From assembly GCA_963703955.1 (NCBI GenBank), contig CAVPGK010000010.1:224001-288000 (forward strand): a stretch of DNA of 64,000 bases, given 5' to 3'. The DNA comes from Nitrospirota bacterium. GTDB lineage: Bacteria; Nitrospirota; Nitrospiria; Nitrospirales; Nitrospiraceae. Below are positions 39,505-51,028 of the stretch, piece by piece. Each line of letters opens with the position of its first letter. The stretch's first letter is position 1. The position numbers were made by a program, and so were the translations under genes. Below the pieces are notes generated by a model, which saw nothing but the letters and a program-made list of their open reading frames with translations, did no database searches and was not told the DNA's origin.

Positions 39505-39680
39505 GTCCAGCCACTCTGTCTCATCAATTTGGATACTCTCTGTATCACCTTCGATACGAAAGCGCAGGATCGTGGCGAGTCGGTCCACAAAGGGGGAACG
39601 GCTGTCACTCGTTTACGCTGTTTACCGGCAGGGAAAATGAGGCGACGCGAAAGATGGCTCCAGATGCCCGAAGATCTTAT

Positions 39681-40289
39681 CTACTTGGGGATGAGTTTGA
39701 CCATCTCATCCGCCAGCTCGGAGGCGAGGTCCTTGATGTCCGGCTTGAGAAAGATGTACCCCTCCCTTTTTTCAAGTTTCCCCTTCCAGACGATCGCTCC
39801 GTGTTTGGTATCAACCAGACGAAAACCCATCGAGACCCGGGCGACATTTTCGCCTTCGGCACGGGTGTACTCCCACGCGTTTACTCTGACAATGAAGAGG
39901 GCCTCCGCCCGTAAGGCCAGCCCTAGTTTCGCAGCTGCCTCCTTATCCGACAGCCCGGCAGTTTCGAGCAGGGAGAGATAGCCAGCAAAGACCTCTCTCG
40001 TCTCGATGGAATTGATGAGGATGCCGTTGACCTGCTCCGGCTCAATCACCTGGGGATAGCGATTGGACTTTTTGAGCGCGTTCGTCACGATCTCGTGCGC
40101 CAGATCGCGCGATCCTTCCAAGGTGCCGATGATCGGCGGCAGCACCGCGATCGAGGTTGGATGGAAAGCGGCCGCGCCGGGCCCCTCCCAGGTTTCATGC
40201 ATCCCTCCGCAACCGGTCAGGACTCCGGTGACCAGCACGATCCATCCCCACATCGCTCGTTTCGTACGGAGAATTCTCATGGTAATCAA
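39681..40289 (-). CDS. Lipoprotein, GNA1162/DUF799- or CsgG-like alpha/beta fold
   Basis: LTGC lipobox; SIAVLP, LG..L.AEA, RLVD...G.IVW. Confidence 0.6.
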   Translation of the reverse strand: MITMRILRTKRAMWGWIVLVTGVLTGCGGMHETWEGPGAAAFHPTSIAVLPPIIGTLEGSRDLAHEIVTNALKKSNRYPQVIEPEQVNGILINSIETREVFAGYLSLLETAGLSDKEAAAKLGLALRAEALFIVRVNAWEYTRAEGENVARVSMGFRLVDTKHGAIVWKGKLEKREGYIFLKPDIKDLASELADEMVKLIPK

Positions 40290-40294
40290 AGGGT

Positions 40295-41443
40295 TCAGAA
40301 GGTCATCGCAATGGAAGCCGAGGCCAGCGCCTGACTTTCACGGAAATCATACCCACCGGCGATCTCCACCCGCAAGGCATAGATCCTGAGACCCAGCCCG
40401 GCAGTTGGGACAAAGGTCGACGTGGCATCCTGGACGTTCTTGAACACCCCGGCTTGCAGGGAAATAAAATTCGACAAGATAACTTGTTCGGCTCCAAGGC
40501 TCAGGACTTGACTTCTCACGCCGGGGAGCAGGGTCGGATTCGAGGTGATATCGCCATCAAACGTTATCGTGAGCGAGTGAGTTGGGTTGATGGCGATGCC
40601 CCCTCTCACTTGTGGGGTCACCTTGACCTCACCCCCGTCCGGCGTATCGAAGGTCGGCTGGGTCAGGTTCTTGCCGACGATCCCGAAGCGAATCCAGGAG
40701 GCCGGTCGATAGATGGCACCTAGGTCGAGGCTTACGGCCGTCGACAGCGTCGCTTTTCCCAGGGCGTCTTTGACGTTGGAATAATCATATGCTTGGGTGA
40801 CAGGGATTTGGCCGAGGTAGGAGGCGCCCTGAATGATCTTCAGCGAGCCGCCAAGAGAGAAAGTACGGTCCGCAAAGGCATAGGCGTAAGAAAAGACCAC
40901 CTGTCGTTGTTCGAGCGCAGTGAGGGCTAGCTGGCCGTTGACGTTCAGGCTGCTGCCTGTATTCGTCACCGTTATGGGAGTCGAAACGAAGCTCCCGCCA
41001 GTCGCGACATCGGACACGTTCATGCCGAACGCGTGATGGCCGTAAAAGCCTTTGAAATACAGACCCGCAGCGCCGGCGGTCGAGAGGTTTGCACCGGGTT
41101 GATTCAGCTCTGACACGTACCCTTGGAGCTGCGACTGGTTGGCAGCCGATGTATCATTGAAATTCGTATCGCTGATACCCTTGATGGCTTGCCCAAACCC
41201 GAGCCGGTCAGTGACCTGGCCACTTGCTTGTATGCGGATATCGAGGGTTCTGGACATGGCCAGTCCGGCCGGATTCCAATAGGTAGCCAGCGAGTCGGTG
41301 GTGACGGCCACGCCGGCCCCGCCCATGCCTGTGGCTCGCGGGCCCACGATCACGAATTCCATGGCCTCACCCGACGAGGCTGTGGCAAGCCACAGTAGGG
41401 CAATCAGGATCGCGCCCAGCGCGGCCTGATGGACTCGTTTCAT
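40295..41443 (-). CDS. Outer-membrane beta-barrel of the TraF_2/FadL-like group
   Basis: Signal peptide; GPRATGMGGAGVA...A.YWNPAGL; amphipathic strands; C-terminal Phe. Confidence 0.75.
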   Translation of the reverse strand: MKRVHQAALGAILIALLWLATASSGEAMEFVIVGPRATGMGGAGVAVTTDSLATYWNPAGLAMSRTLDIRIQASGQVTDRLGFGQAIKGISDTNFNDTSAANQSQLQGYVSELNQPGANLSTAGAAGLYFKGFYGHHAFGMNVSDVATGGSFVSTPITVTNTGSSLNVNGQLALTALEQRQVVFSYAYAFADRTFSLGGSLKIIQGASYLGQIPVTQAYDYSNVKDALGKATLSTAVSLDLGAIYRPASWIRFGIVGKNLTQPTFDTPDGGEVKVTPQVRGGIAINPTHSLTITFDGDITSNPTLLPGVRSQVLSLGAEQVILSNFISLQAGVFKNVQDATSTFVPTAGLGLRIYALRVEIAGGYDFRESQALASASIAMTF

Positions 41444-41554
41444 GCTGGCTCCATCGGTCCAATAGAGGCTGGATGACACGAGCTGACGAAGAAAACGTAC
41501 GGCAAAATACCGCTATCGTCAAGGCAACAAAGGCGGACCTTGGCAAACCGGGTG

Positions 41555-42223
41555 TCAGCATTCGGTGATCAGTCCGTCTTCCATATGGATGATGCAGTCG
41601 GTCTGGGCCGAGAGCTTCTCGTTGTGAGTGACGATAACAAAGGTAATGCCGCGATCGCGATTTAAGGTCCGCAGGAGACCGAACAGCGCCTCACCCGTGT
41701 GCGTATCGAGGTTGCCGGTCGGCTCGTCGGCAAGGACGACATCGGGCCGTTGCATCAGGGCGCGCGCCACCGCCACCCGTTGCTGCTCTCCCCCGGACAG
41801 TTCTCCTGGTTTATGGTGAAGCCGGGCCTCGAGCCCCACCTCCTTGAGAAGGCTGACGGCTTCCTCTCTGGTTTCCATCGCCGGTCGATTCTGAATGTAC
41901 GCCGGCAAGCAGACATTCTCGAGCGCAGTGAACTCAGGCAGTAGGTGGTGGAACTGGAAGACGAAACCGATGCGACGATTGCGGAACTCGGCTTGCCTCT
42001 GATCTGATAATTTGAACAGGTCCTGTCCCTCAAACGTGACGGTGCCGCTGGTCGGCCGATCGAGCGTGCCGATGATGTGAAGCAGTGTGCTCTTTCCCGC
42101 CCCGGATGCCCCCACGATGGCCAGCATCGTGCCGCGAGCAATCTCAAGATTGATCCCCTTCAAGACCGTGAGTTCCTGCCCGCCCATCGGGAACGATTTG
42201 TAGAGATTGCTGATCTGAATCAT
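41555..42223 (-). CDS. lolD: Lipoprotein-releasing ABC transporter ATP-binding protein
   Basis: GASGAGKST, GFVFQFHHLLPEF, LSGGEQQR, ADEPTGNLD. Confidence 0.95.
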   Translation of the reverse strand: MIQISNLYKSFPMGGQELTVLKGINLEIARGTMLAIVGASGAGKSTLLHIIGTLDRPTSGTVTFEGQDLFKLSDQRQAEFRNRRIGFVFQFHHLLPEFTALENVCLPAYIQNRPAMETREEAVSLLKEVGLEARLHHKPGELSGGEQQRVAVARALMQRPDVVLADEPTGNLDTHTGEALFGLLRTLNRDRGITFVIVTHNEKLSAQTDCIIHMEDGLITEC

Positions 42224-42235
42224 TGAAGAATTTTC

Positions 42236-42348
42236 TGATTAGTTTGTTTGTTGATTTGCTGATTGAATGTTACGAAACCTTTTGTGAGATCACCTAATGC
42301 TCCGGCAATCAACAAATCAGCAACTCGACACATCAAACAAATCAACAC
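42236..42348. repeat. Inverted array of 8-nt units (GATTTGCT / AGCAAATC-like)
   Basis: TTTGTTGATTTGCTGATTG ... CAATCAACAAATCAGCAA...ATCAAACAAATCAAC. Confidence 0.65.
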
Positions 42349-42355
42349 ATTCTCG

Positions 42356-43654
42356 TTATTCATACCGCAGCGCGGCCGCCGGATCCAACTTCGCCGCCTG
42401 CCACGATGGGTAGAGCGTTGCAGCAAAGCTGATCAGAATCGCGGAGAACGAGACCAGAATGACATCCACCGCCTGCACGTGTACCGGCACATGCGAGATG
42501 TAATAGACGGTCTGGTCGAAGGTCCAATAATGTTGAATGAGCCACAAGAAGGCGTATCCCAGCGGGACGCCGATGACGGTGCCGGTCAAGCCGATGATCA
42601 ATCCGTTCAGCATGAAGATGCGCATGATGGCCTTTCGCGTCGCCCCCATGGCTTTCAGGATCGCGATCTCCCGCTGCTTTTCGCTGACAATCATCGTCAA
42701 CGTGCTGACGATGTTGAATGAGGCCACAATGGTGATCAGGACCAGCAACAAGAACATCATGGTCTTCTCAAGCTTCAGCGCGGAAAAGAGGTTCCGGTTC
42801 AGTTGCATCCAATCCCGGGCTGCGTACGGAAAACCCAGGACATGGTCGATGACTCCGGCGATCCGGTCGGCAGCGAAGATGTCGTCGACCTTCACCTCAA
42901 TCCCGCTGACGCGATCGTTCATATTGAAGAATTTCTGTGCCTCACCCAATCCCATATAGGCGAGCGACGAGTCGTACTCGAACATGCCGGATTCGAACAC
43001 CGCGACGACGGTGAAGGTTCGGATCTTGGGAACCATGCCGACGGCGCTGATGGGTCCCACCGGCGAGACGACATTCACGGTATCGCCGACGAACGCGCCC
43101 AGGCGCATGGCGAGCTCCTTGCCGAGAACAATGCCGGGATGGCTCTGAGTTGAGGCTGCATCGGATGGTATGGAGCCCGGTGTCTGGGATGGTGTCTCGT
43201 TACGGGACGGCGCGCGATCCGGCGTGATCAGGTCGTTCAAGCTTCCGGAGGTAATGTTCTTGCCGAGTTCGGTGACCTTCACTTCCCGTTGGGGATCAAT
43301 CCCGCGGAGCACGATACCTTGCACGGCGGATCGAGAGGTCAGCAAGACCTGCCTGAGCACAAAGGGCGTCGCGGCCAGCACGTGAGGCACACCCTGGACC
43401 TGCCCCACGAGTGCGTCGTAGTCGGCCATACCGTCCTTCGTCCGGTCTTGAATGACGATGTGCGACGTCGTCCCCAGGATCTTGGCCTGCAAGTCCTCTT
43501 TGAAGCCGGTCATGATGCCGAGCGTACCGATCAGCGCAGCGACACCCAATGTGATGCCGGCCACCGAGACGAAGGTGTTGAGTGATATCGTCCGATGGCG
43601 GCGCTTGGCGCGCAGGTACCGCAAGCCGACGAACATCTCATAGGGCAGCGGCAC
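42356..43654 (-). CDS. lolC: Lipoprotein-releasing ABC transporter permease LolC/E
   Basis: RYLR, GI.LGVAALI..L.IM.GF, W...N..LF.AL..EK, EIAILKAMGA, P..ALRYE. Confidence 0.92.
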   Translation of the reverse strand: MPLPYEMFVGLRYLRAKRRHRTISLNTFVSVAGITLGVAALIGTLGIMTGFKEDLQAKILGTTSHIVIQDRTKDGMADYDALVGQVQGVPHVLAATPFVLRQVLLTSRSAVQGIVLRGIDPQREVKVTELGKNITSGSLNDLITPDRAPSRNETPSQTPGSIPSDAASTQSHPGIVLGKELAMRLGAFVGDTVNVVSPVGPISAVGMVPKIRTFTVVAVFESGMFEYDSSLAYMGLGEAQKFFNMNDRVSGIEVKVDDIFAADRIAGVIDHVLGFPYAARDWMQLNRNLFSALKLEKTMMFLLLVLITIVASFNIVSTLTMIVSEKQREIAILKAMGATRKAIMRIFMLNGLIIGLTGTVIGVPLGYAFLWLIQHYWTFDQTVYYISHVPVHVQAVDVILVSFSAILISFAATLYPSWQAAKLDPAAALRYE

Positions 43655-43656
43655 CG

Positions 43657-45128
<1,472 letters not shown>

Positions 45129-45182
45129 GATCCCAATCAATCCCATTCCTTTGTAAGGACGGGGTCAGAGAGAAACACGGAA

Positions 45183-46290
45183 TTATTTACTGGCCATTTG
45201 GTGCTTCAAATACGCTTCAATAAACTCGTCCAATTCGCCGTCCATGACGGCATCCACCTGCCCGACCTCGACATTCGTGCGGTGGTCCTTGACGAGTTGA
45301 TACGGCTGAAAGACATAGGACCGGATCTGGCTGCCGAAGCCGATCTCCTTCTTTTCGCCCACGATCGAGTTGAATTCCGCTTCCTTCTTCTGCTGCTCCA
45401 GCTCGTAGAGCCGCGCCTTCAACACTTTCATCGCCGCCCGATTTGTTCTTGAGCTGTGACCGCTCGTTCTGGCACTGGACCACGATGCCGGTCGGAAGAT
45501 GCGTGATGCGGATGGCGGTCTCCACTTTGTTGACGTTCTGGCCGCCGGCTCCGCCGGACCGAAAGGTGTCGATCCGCAGGTCTTTATCGTCGATCACGAT
45601 GTCGATATCGTCGTCCAATTCAGGATACACGAAGACCGACGCGAACGAGGTGTGGCGTCGCTTGTTGGCATCAAACGGCGAGATCCGCACCAGCCGGTGT
45701 ACCCCGGCCTCCGCCTTGAGGTAGCCGTAGGCGTAGGGCCCGTTCACCGCCAGCGTGACGCTCTTGATTCCCGCTTCATCGCCCGGTTGGAGATCCAGCG
45801 TTTCGATCTTATACCCCTTTCGCTCGGCCCAGCGCGCGTACATGCGTAAGAGCATCTGGGCCCAGTCTTGTGATTCGGTGCCTCCAGCGCCCGGGATGGA
45901 TCGGCTAGGATCGCATTGTTCGCGTCTCGCTCCCCCGAGAGCAACAACTCGACCCGAAACTGGTTGACGGATGATTCGACCTGGGCCAATTCACCGGCGA
46001 GTTCCTGTTCCAGCGCCGCGTCCCCGGATTCTTCGGCCAGCTCAATCATGGCCTGGAGATCGGCATACCGGCGTTCAATGTCCGCGACACGCTTGATCTC
46101 ACGCTCGATCGCGGCCTTCTTGCGGCTCAGGCGCGCGGCGGCCGGGGGGTCTTTCCAAAAGTCCGGATGCGTGATCTCTAGCTCGAGGTGTTCGAGATCG
46201 GATGTGAGTTGAGGGAGGTCAAAGATGCCCCCGAAGTTCCCGAACCTGGTCCCCGACCGTGGTGACTCGTGCTCGTAACTCGTCCAACAT
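45183..46290 (-). CDS. prfB: Peptide chain release factor 2 with programmed +1 frameshift; extra indels near 45900 and 45435
   Basis: CGGGGGCAT-CTT-TGA-C slippery site at 46218-46233; [17 protein letters not shown]. Confidence 0.95.
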
Positions 46291-46306
46291 GCGTCTGTCC
46301 TCTTCG

Positions 46307-47932
46307 TTAGGTGGGAGTGGCCCTGAGCACGATCCCTTCGGGGGCGCTGTCATGGGGCCAAAACCACGCGATCACAATCAAAAGTCCGGTGATTATAACA
46401 CAGGCGTAGGCAAAGACATCGCCGTAATGGCTGTAGAAGGTGGGGGTATTTCTCACGGGAATCTGACCGCTGAGGGCGGTCTCGACGAAAATAGGAGTGG
46501 CATTCAGAATACGGCCCTGCCGATCGATGAAGCCGGATATGCCGGTATTGGCGGCGCGCGCGAAGGCGGTGCGATTTTCAACGGCGCGGAACACGACCAT
46601 GCCGAAATGCTGGAACGGCGCCGCAGAGTCGCCGAACCAAGCGTCATTCGTGATGGTCACCATGAATTCCGCGCCATCCCGCACGAATTCACGGACGAGG
46701 TTGGGAAAGATGACCTCGAAGCAAATGACCACACCGAATCGGGCAGGCGGATCACTTGACACGCCTTCGGCCCGGTTAGTGGAGGCGGTGGGCAAGAAGA
46801 GGACGGTCGGGACGATCCCGGCTTCAAAATCACCGATGCCTTCGACCAGCTTGTCCAAAAAAAATAAGACCCAGCGGAGCGGGACATACTCCCCGAACGG
46901 GACGAGATGCCGCTTATCATACCGACTAAGAATCTGGCCCTCCACAGAGAGCAAGTACGCGCTGTTGAGCAGGTAAGGTTTGCCGTTATCATAAAAGCGA
47001 AGAGCGGGACTCCCGAAGAGAAGCGGAACGTCGTGCTGGCGCGTGAGAGACGTCATTTCGGCTCGATAATCTGTCTCCCTCTCGAACAGGAACGGCGTAG
47101 CGGCTTCGGGCCAAATCACCAAATCGGCGCCCTTCGCCACCCGGTCCGTTAACTTCCTATAACGATCCATCGTCTCGCGTTGATGCGCGGCATCCCATTT
47201 CTGGGATTGGTCGATGTTCGCTTGGACGAGGGCGATGGTGAGGGACCGCTTCAAGTCGAGCTGCCTGCCGGGGTGCAGGGCAGACTGGCCATATAGCAAC
47301 GTCAAGGCCATCCCAATCGTGGCTGCTGATGAAGAGAGCCATGGAAAGGAGCGATCAGACTGTATCTTGCCACCGGACCATACCCACAGGATGACCTCGC
47401 TCAACGCGGCGTTGACCAGGACAACCATGAACGACACACCGTACACGCCGGTCACATCTGCAATCTGGATGGCCGGCAACCATTGATATTGCGTGTAACC
47501 CAGCAGAGACCAGGGAAGGCCGGAGAAGAGGTAGGTGCGAATGAGCTCTAGTGAGACCCAGAGAAACGGAGCCCCGAGGAATGCGACGAGAGGAACGGTC
47601 CTCCGCAACCACGCGAGGCCGAATGCATAGACGGCGACATAGAGACCGAGATAGCCGGCGAGCAAGGCCAAGGCCATGTAGCTCAGGATGAGGGGGAGCT
47701 GGCCGTAGGTATGCATGGCCGTAACCACCCAGGACATGGCACCAACGAAGGCGATCCATCCTGCCCACCATCCCAGCCGAAACGCGCGCCGAGGGGCGAG
47801 GCGGTCGAGCGCGACGTGCAAAGGAACCAGCGCGACCCACGCCATCATGCCGAGGTCGAAATTAGGGAAGCAGAGCGGATAGAGGAGGCCGGTAAGGCTG
47901 GCGAGCAAGAGGTGGCCGGGTCCCTTCTTCAC
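46307..47932 (-). CDS. lnt: Apolipoprotein N-acyltransferase; start approximate
   Basis: G.PW..LGY.Q, Q.NI, WPE, K..LVPFGEY.P, ICFE, TNDAWF, RA.E, R.ANTGIS. Confidence 0.95.
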   Translation of the reverse strand: MKKGPGHLLLASLTGLLYPLCFPNFDLGMMAWVALVPLHVALDRLAPRRAFRLGWWAGWIAFVGAMSWVVTAMHTYGQLPLILSYMALALLAGYLGLYVAVYAFGLAWLRRTVPLVAFLGAPFLWVSLELIRTYLFSGLPWSLLGYTQYQWLPAIQIADVTGVYGVSFMVVLVNAALSEVILWVWSGGKIQSDRSFPWLSSSAATIGMALTLLYGQSALHPGRQLDLKRSLTIALVQANIDQSQKWDAAHQRETMDRYRKLTDRVAKGADLVIWPEAATPFLFERETDYRAEMTSLTRQHDVPLLFGSPALRFYDNGKPYLLNSAYLLSVEGQILSRYDKRHLVPFGEYVPLRWVLFFLDKLVEGIGDFEAGIVPTVLFLPTASTNRAEGVSSDPPARFGVVICFEVIFPNLVREFVRDGAEFMVTITNDAWFGDSAAPFQHFGMVVFRAVENRTAFARAANTGISGFIDRQGRILNATPIFVETALSGQIPVRNTPTFYSHYGDVFAYACVIITGLLIVIAWFWPHDSAPEGIVLRATPT

Positions 47933-48020
47933 GGCGCGTACATTAACGAAAGAACCGAAGCGGTTGCAACTGTCGCCATTTCCGGGGGAGTTCGCTATGA
48001 TAGCGAGCGTGGGGAATCGC

Positions 48021-48410
48021 ATGAAGAGCTGGATTGCAGGGCTGATGGTAGGCGTGAGCCTCTGCATGGCCACGCCGTCATTTGCTGAAGACCCGCCGCT
48101 CCTCCGTCAGATGGGAACAAAGCTCATGCGAGGGGTGGCGAATCTCACGACGGGATGGGTGGAAGTGCCCAAGCAGATCTATCATGTCGGGCACGAAGAA
48201 GGCTGGGTGATCGGCGCCGTCCGCGGGCCGATTGACGGATTGGGAATGTTTGCGGCTCGCACGATAGCCGGGGCCTATGAAATCCTGTCCTTCCTCTTTC
48301 CCATTCCGTCCCAGTACCAGCCGATGCTGCAACCGGATTACGTCTGGCAGGCCGATGCGCCGGAAGCCCCTGCGTCATCCTTCGAGCCGATCCCTCCCGT
48401 CACCCCTTAG
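48021..48410 (+). CDS. Exosortase-system-associated TIGR04073-like protein
   Basis: K..RG.AN..TGW.E.P, G...R...G.YE...F..P.P; signal peptide. Confidence 0.75.
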   Translation: MKSWIAGLMVGVSLCMATPSFAEDPPLLRQMGTKLMRGVANLTTGWVEVPKQIYHVGHEEGWVIGAVRGPIDGLGMFAARTIAGAYEILSFLFPIPSQYQPMLQPDYVWQADAPEAPASSFEPIPPVTP

Positions 48411-48718
48411 CCCGGATTATTCATGAACGCCTACTGTGGCTGCCGATCCTCTCGACCAGCGGGGCTTTTCTCGTTCAGTGGACCGGCCGCCTCAGCGTCT
48501 CGGCGGCGCGCACAAACGTGGCGCTCTTTATTCATCGCGCCGTGCGCCCTCGACGGACCGCAAGTACGCCTGCGTCGGCTTCACTTGCGAGAAGCCCCGG
48601 TGGCCTTCGGTCTCAGCAAGACACAGCCACCTCACCACTCGGCGGCGTCCGCAAACGTGACGCTCGTTATTCCTCGCGTCGCGGACCTCGCGACGGCATT
48701 CACGAATAATCCTGGCTA
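48408..48718. mobile_element. About 310-bp MITE with 24-bp terminal inverted repeats
   Basis: TAGCCCGGATTATTCATGAACGCC vs reverse complement TAGCCAGGATTATTCGTGAATGCC (21/24); no transposase inside. Confidence 0.75.
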
Positions 48719-48722
48719 GCCC

Positions 48723-49214
48723 ATGGATCATTCCAGCGACGCCCATCATCACAATCATCACGCGCATCAGGAAAGCCCGTCTCTCAATCAACTCTCCCTA
48801 GCCGCCACGTTGCACTGTCTCACCGGCTGCGGCATCGGGGAGGTGTTGGGCCTGGTCATCGCGAGCTGGTTGGGTTGGGGGAACGTCGCGTCGATCGCCC
48901 TCGCCGTCGCGCTCGCGTTCCTCTGCGGGTATTCGCTGACGCTGCGCCCGCTGCTCGCAGCCGGAATGGATATGGGAATGGCCGCCCGGCTGGCGTTCGC
49001 CGCAGACACCCTGTCCATTATCGTCATGGAGATTATCGATAACGCGGTCATGTTGGTGATTCCCGGCGCCATGGACGCCGGTGCGACCGACCTGCTGTTC
49101 TGGGTGAGCCTCGCGATTTCTCTCGTCGCCGCTTTCGTCGCCGCCTTTCCCGTCAACCGCTGGCTGATTACCCAGGGCCGCGGCCATGCGGTCGTGCACG
49201 CCCACCATCACTGA
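48723..49214 (+). CDS. DUF4396 family membrane protein with His-rich termini
   Basis: ATLHCLTGC.IGE, D..SI..ME..DN, PVNRWLI..G.GHA..H. Confidence 0.85.
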   Translation: MDHSSDAHHHNHHAHQESPSLNQLSLAATLHCLTGCGIGEVLGLVIASWLGWGNVASIALAVALAFLCGYSLTLRPLLAAGMDMGMAARLAFAADTLSIIVMEIIDNAVMLVIPGAMDAGATDLLFWVSLAISLVAAFVAAFPVNRWLITQGRGHAVVHAHHH

Positions 49215-49436
49215 GAGGGTCTGGATGCGCTGATTCTGGGCTCAACCGCAGCAAGAATGGGGCTATGCCGATCGGTGTGTGTCGCCCATGTGAGATCGTT
49301 GACAAGTTCTCGAAGAGTGGCGAGAATCGACCTGATGGTTCTTCGTTTGTGGGACTGGGATATGCCGATCAGTATACTCAAAGGTTAGGTCCCAATCGAG
49401 GTCGATGCAAAATTTGGACACATTTGGAGGTTCAGG

Positions 49437-49637
49437 ATGGGTGTCATCGAACAAATCGAGGCGCAAATCGAGAAGCTCGGCGCGAAGGCCTTCGCTGCGC
49501 TTCGCGGTTGGTTCATCGATCACATGCACAGCCGTTGGGATGAACAGATCGAGGCTGATTCCGCAGCCGGGAAGCTTGACTTTCTGGTCGAGGAGGCTTC
49601 AGAAGCAGAGCGGCGCGGGGAAACTCGCCCTCTGTGA
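49437..49637 (+). CDS. Probable type II antitoxin (small acidic protein)
   Basis: IE.IE..I.KL...F..LR.WF...WD.QIE.D..AGKLD.L..EA; GTGA overlap with the toxin-like gene. Confidence 0.7.
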   Translation: MGVIEQIEAQIEKLGAKAFAALRGWFIDHMHSRWDEQIEADSAAGKLDFLVEEASEAERRGETRPL

Positions 49638-49806
49638 AACACAGAACGACTCCAAGGTTTTGGCGCGCCTATGAAGCGCTTCCCGCCGAGATTCGAAGGC
49701 TCGCGGACAATTTTGAGCTGTTGAAGTCCGACCCATCGCATTCTTCCCTTTACTTCAAAAAGGTCGGGAAGTTCTGGTCGGCGAGAGTTGGACGTCAATA
49801 CCGTGG
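49634..49806 (+). pseudogene. RelE/ParE-like toxin, C-terminally truncated and fused in frame to the downstream gene
   Basis: MKHRTT.RFW..Y..LP..I...A..F.LLK.DP.H.SL.FKKVG.FWSARVG..YR, then similarity stops. Confidence 0.65.
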
Positions 49807-49879
49807 CTCAAGCCGGGACGAACCTCATTGTGACTTCGAAAAGACTGAAAAAGCGCAGAATAAAAAATGGAGTGGAAAA

Positions 49880-51028
49880 ATGACGTTTGAAGGTATACCG
49901 CAAGTTGTGGAGCGGTTCTTTATCGGGTTAGCGGCTCTTCTCCTTGGGATCTCGGTGAGCGTCGTCTCCAGTGTCCAGGCTCGAACGCTCGAATGCGGTA
50001 CGTTCACGTTCCCTAAGTGCGGCGGCCCCGACTACCAGTACGGGGGTCGTTTTAAGCCTCGCCTAGGATTTGGCGGCTTTGGTGGCGGAACCTGCGTAGC
50101 CACGCACACACCCGTTGTGTTTATCCATGGCAACGGGGACAGGGCGACCACGTGGGATTCTCCGATTACCGGTCCGGTTGGAAATTTGCCGGCACCGGCA
50201 AAATCAATGTATGACGAATTCAAGGCGCGTGGATACAACGAGTGCGAGCTATTCGGCATCACGTATTTAAACAAGGATGAGCGCAAAGCTCCGCAGTCGA
50301 ATTATCACAGCCCGGACAAGTATAAAATCATCATAGGGTTCATCGAAGCGGTCAAATCATACACGGGTAAGCCGCAGATCGATGTCGTGGCCCATTCATT
50401 AGGGGTATCCATGACCATCGCCGCGTTAACCTATCACGATTCTCGAGATCCGGTGCGCCACGGTTGGGACAGCATACGGAAATTTGTGAACATTGCCGGC
50501 GGCATCCGCGGACTCAGCTCGTGCCTGTATGTGGGTTATGCAAACGTCCTCGCAACGACATGCGGCTCTGAGAATGTGTGGAACCGGTATATTTTCGGCT
50601 TCTATCCGGATAGCGCGACCTGGTTCGGTTACAACGCATGGACCGGTCCCGTCGGACCTTTTAGTATGCGCCGAGCGCCGGTAGTTCATCCCAAAGTGGA
50701 GTTTTATTCCATCCATGCCGGCGAACATGACCAAATCCACTGCAGTACTCTCCGGGGTATACCGGACTGCAGCAAAGGCGCGCTTTTCGTTAACAATGCC
50801 AACGTCAAGGCCCAGTTGAACGTTGGCGCCGGCGCGACGCCTCAGCAGTTGGATTTCAACTTTAAAGACTGGAGTCCATTCGTCCAGATGGGGGGCGATG
50901 CTGATGGAGTCGGGCACTTTAAGTCAAAGAATAATGCGGGGGAAATCATTTATCACATGCTGAATTCGGATTGCACTGATTTGGATTGTAAAGGCACCTA
51001 CACGGGCGGCCCCGTCATCGCAGAGTGA
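49880..51028 (+). CDS. Exported lipase-class alpha/beta hydrolase
   Basis: Signal peptide; PVVFIHGN, DVVAHSLG, GVGHF. Confidence 0.8.
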   Translation: MTFEGIPQVVERFFIGLAALLLGISVSVVSSVQARTLECGTFTFPKCGGPDYQYGGRFKPRLGFGGFGGGTCVATHTPVVFIHGNGDRATTWDSPITGPVGNLPAPAKSMYDEFKARGYNECELFGITYLNKDERKAPQSNYHSPDKYKIIIGFIEAVKSYTGKPQIDVVAHSLGVSMTIAALTYHDSRDPVRHGWDSIRKFVNIAGGIRGLSSCLYVGYANVLATTCGSENVWNRYIFGFYPDSATWFGYNAWTGPVGPFSMRRAPVVHPKVEFYSIHAGEHDQIHCSTLRGIPDCSKGALFVNNANVKAQLNVGAGATPQQLDFNFKDWSPFVQMGGDADGVGHFKSKNNAGEIIYHMLNSDCTDLDCKGTYTGGPVIAE

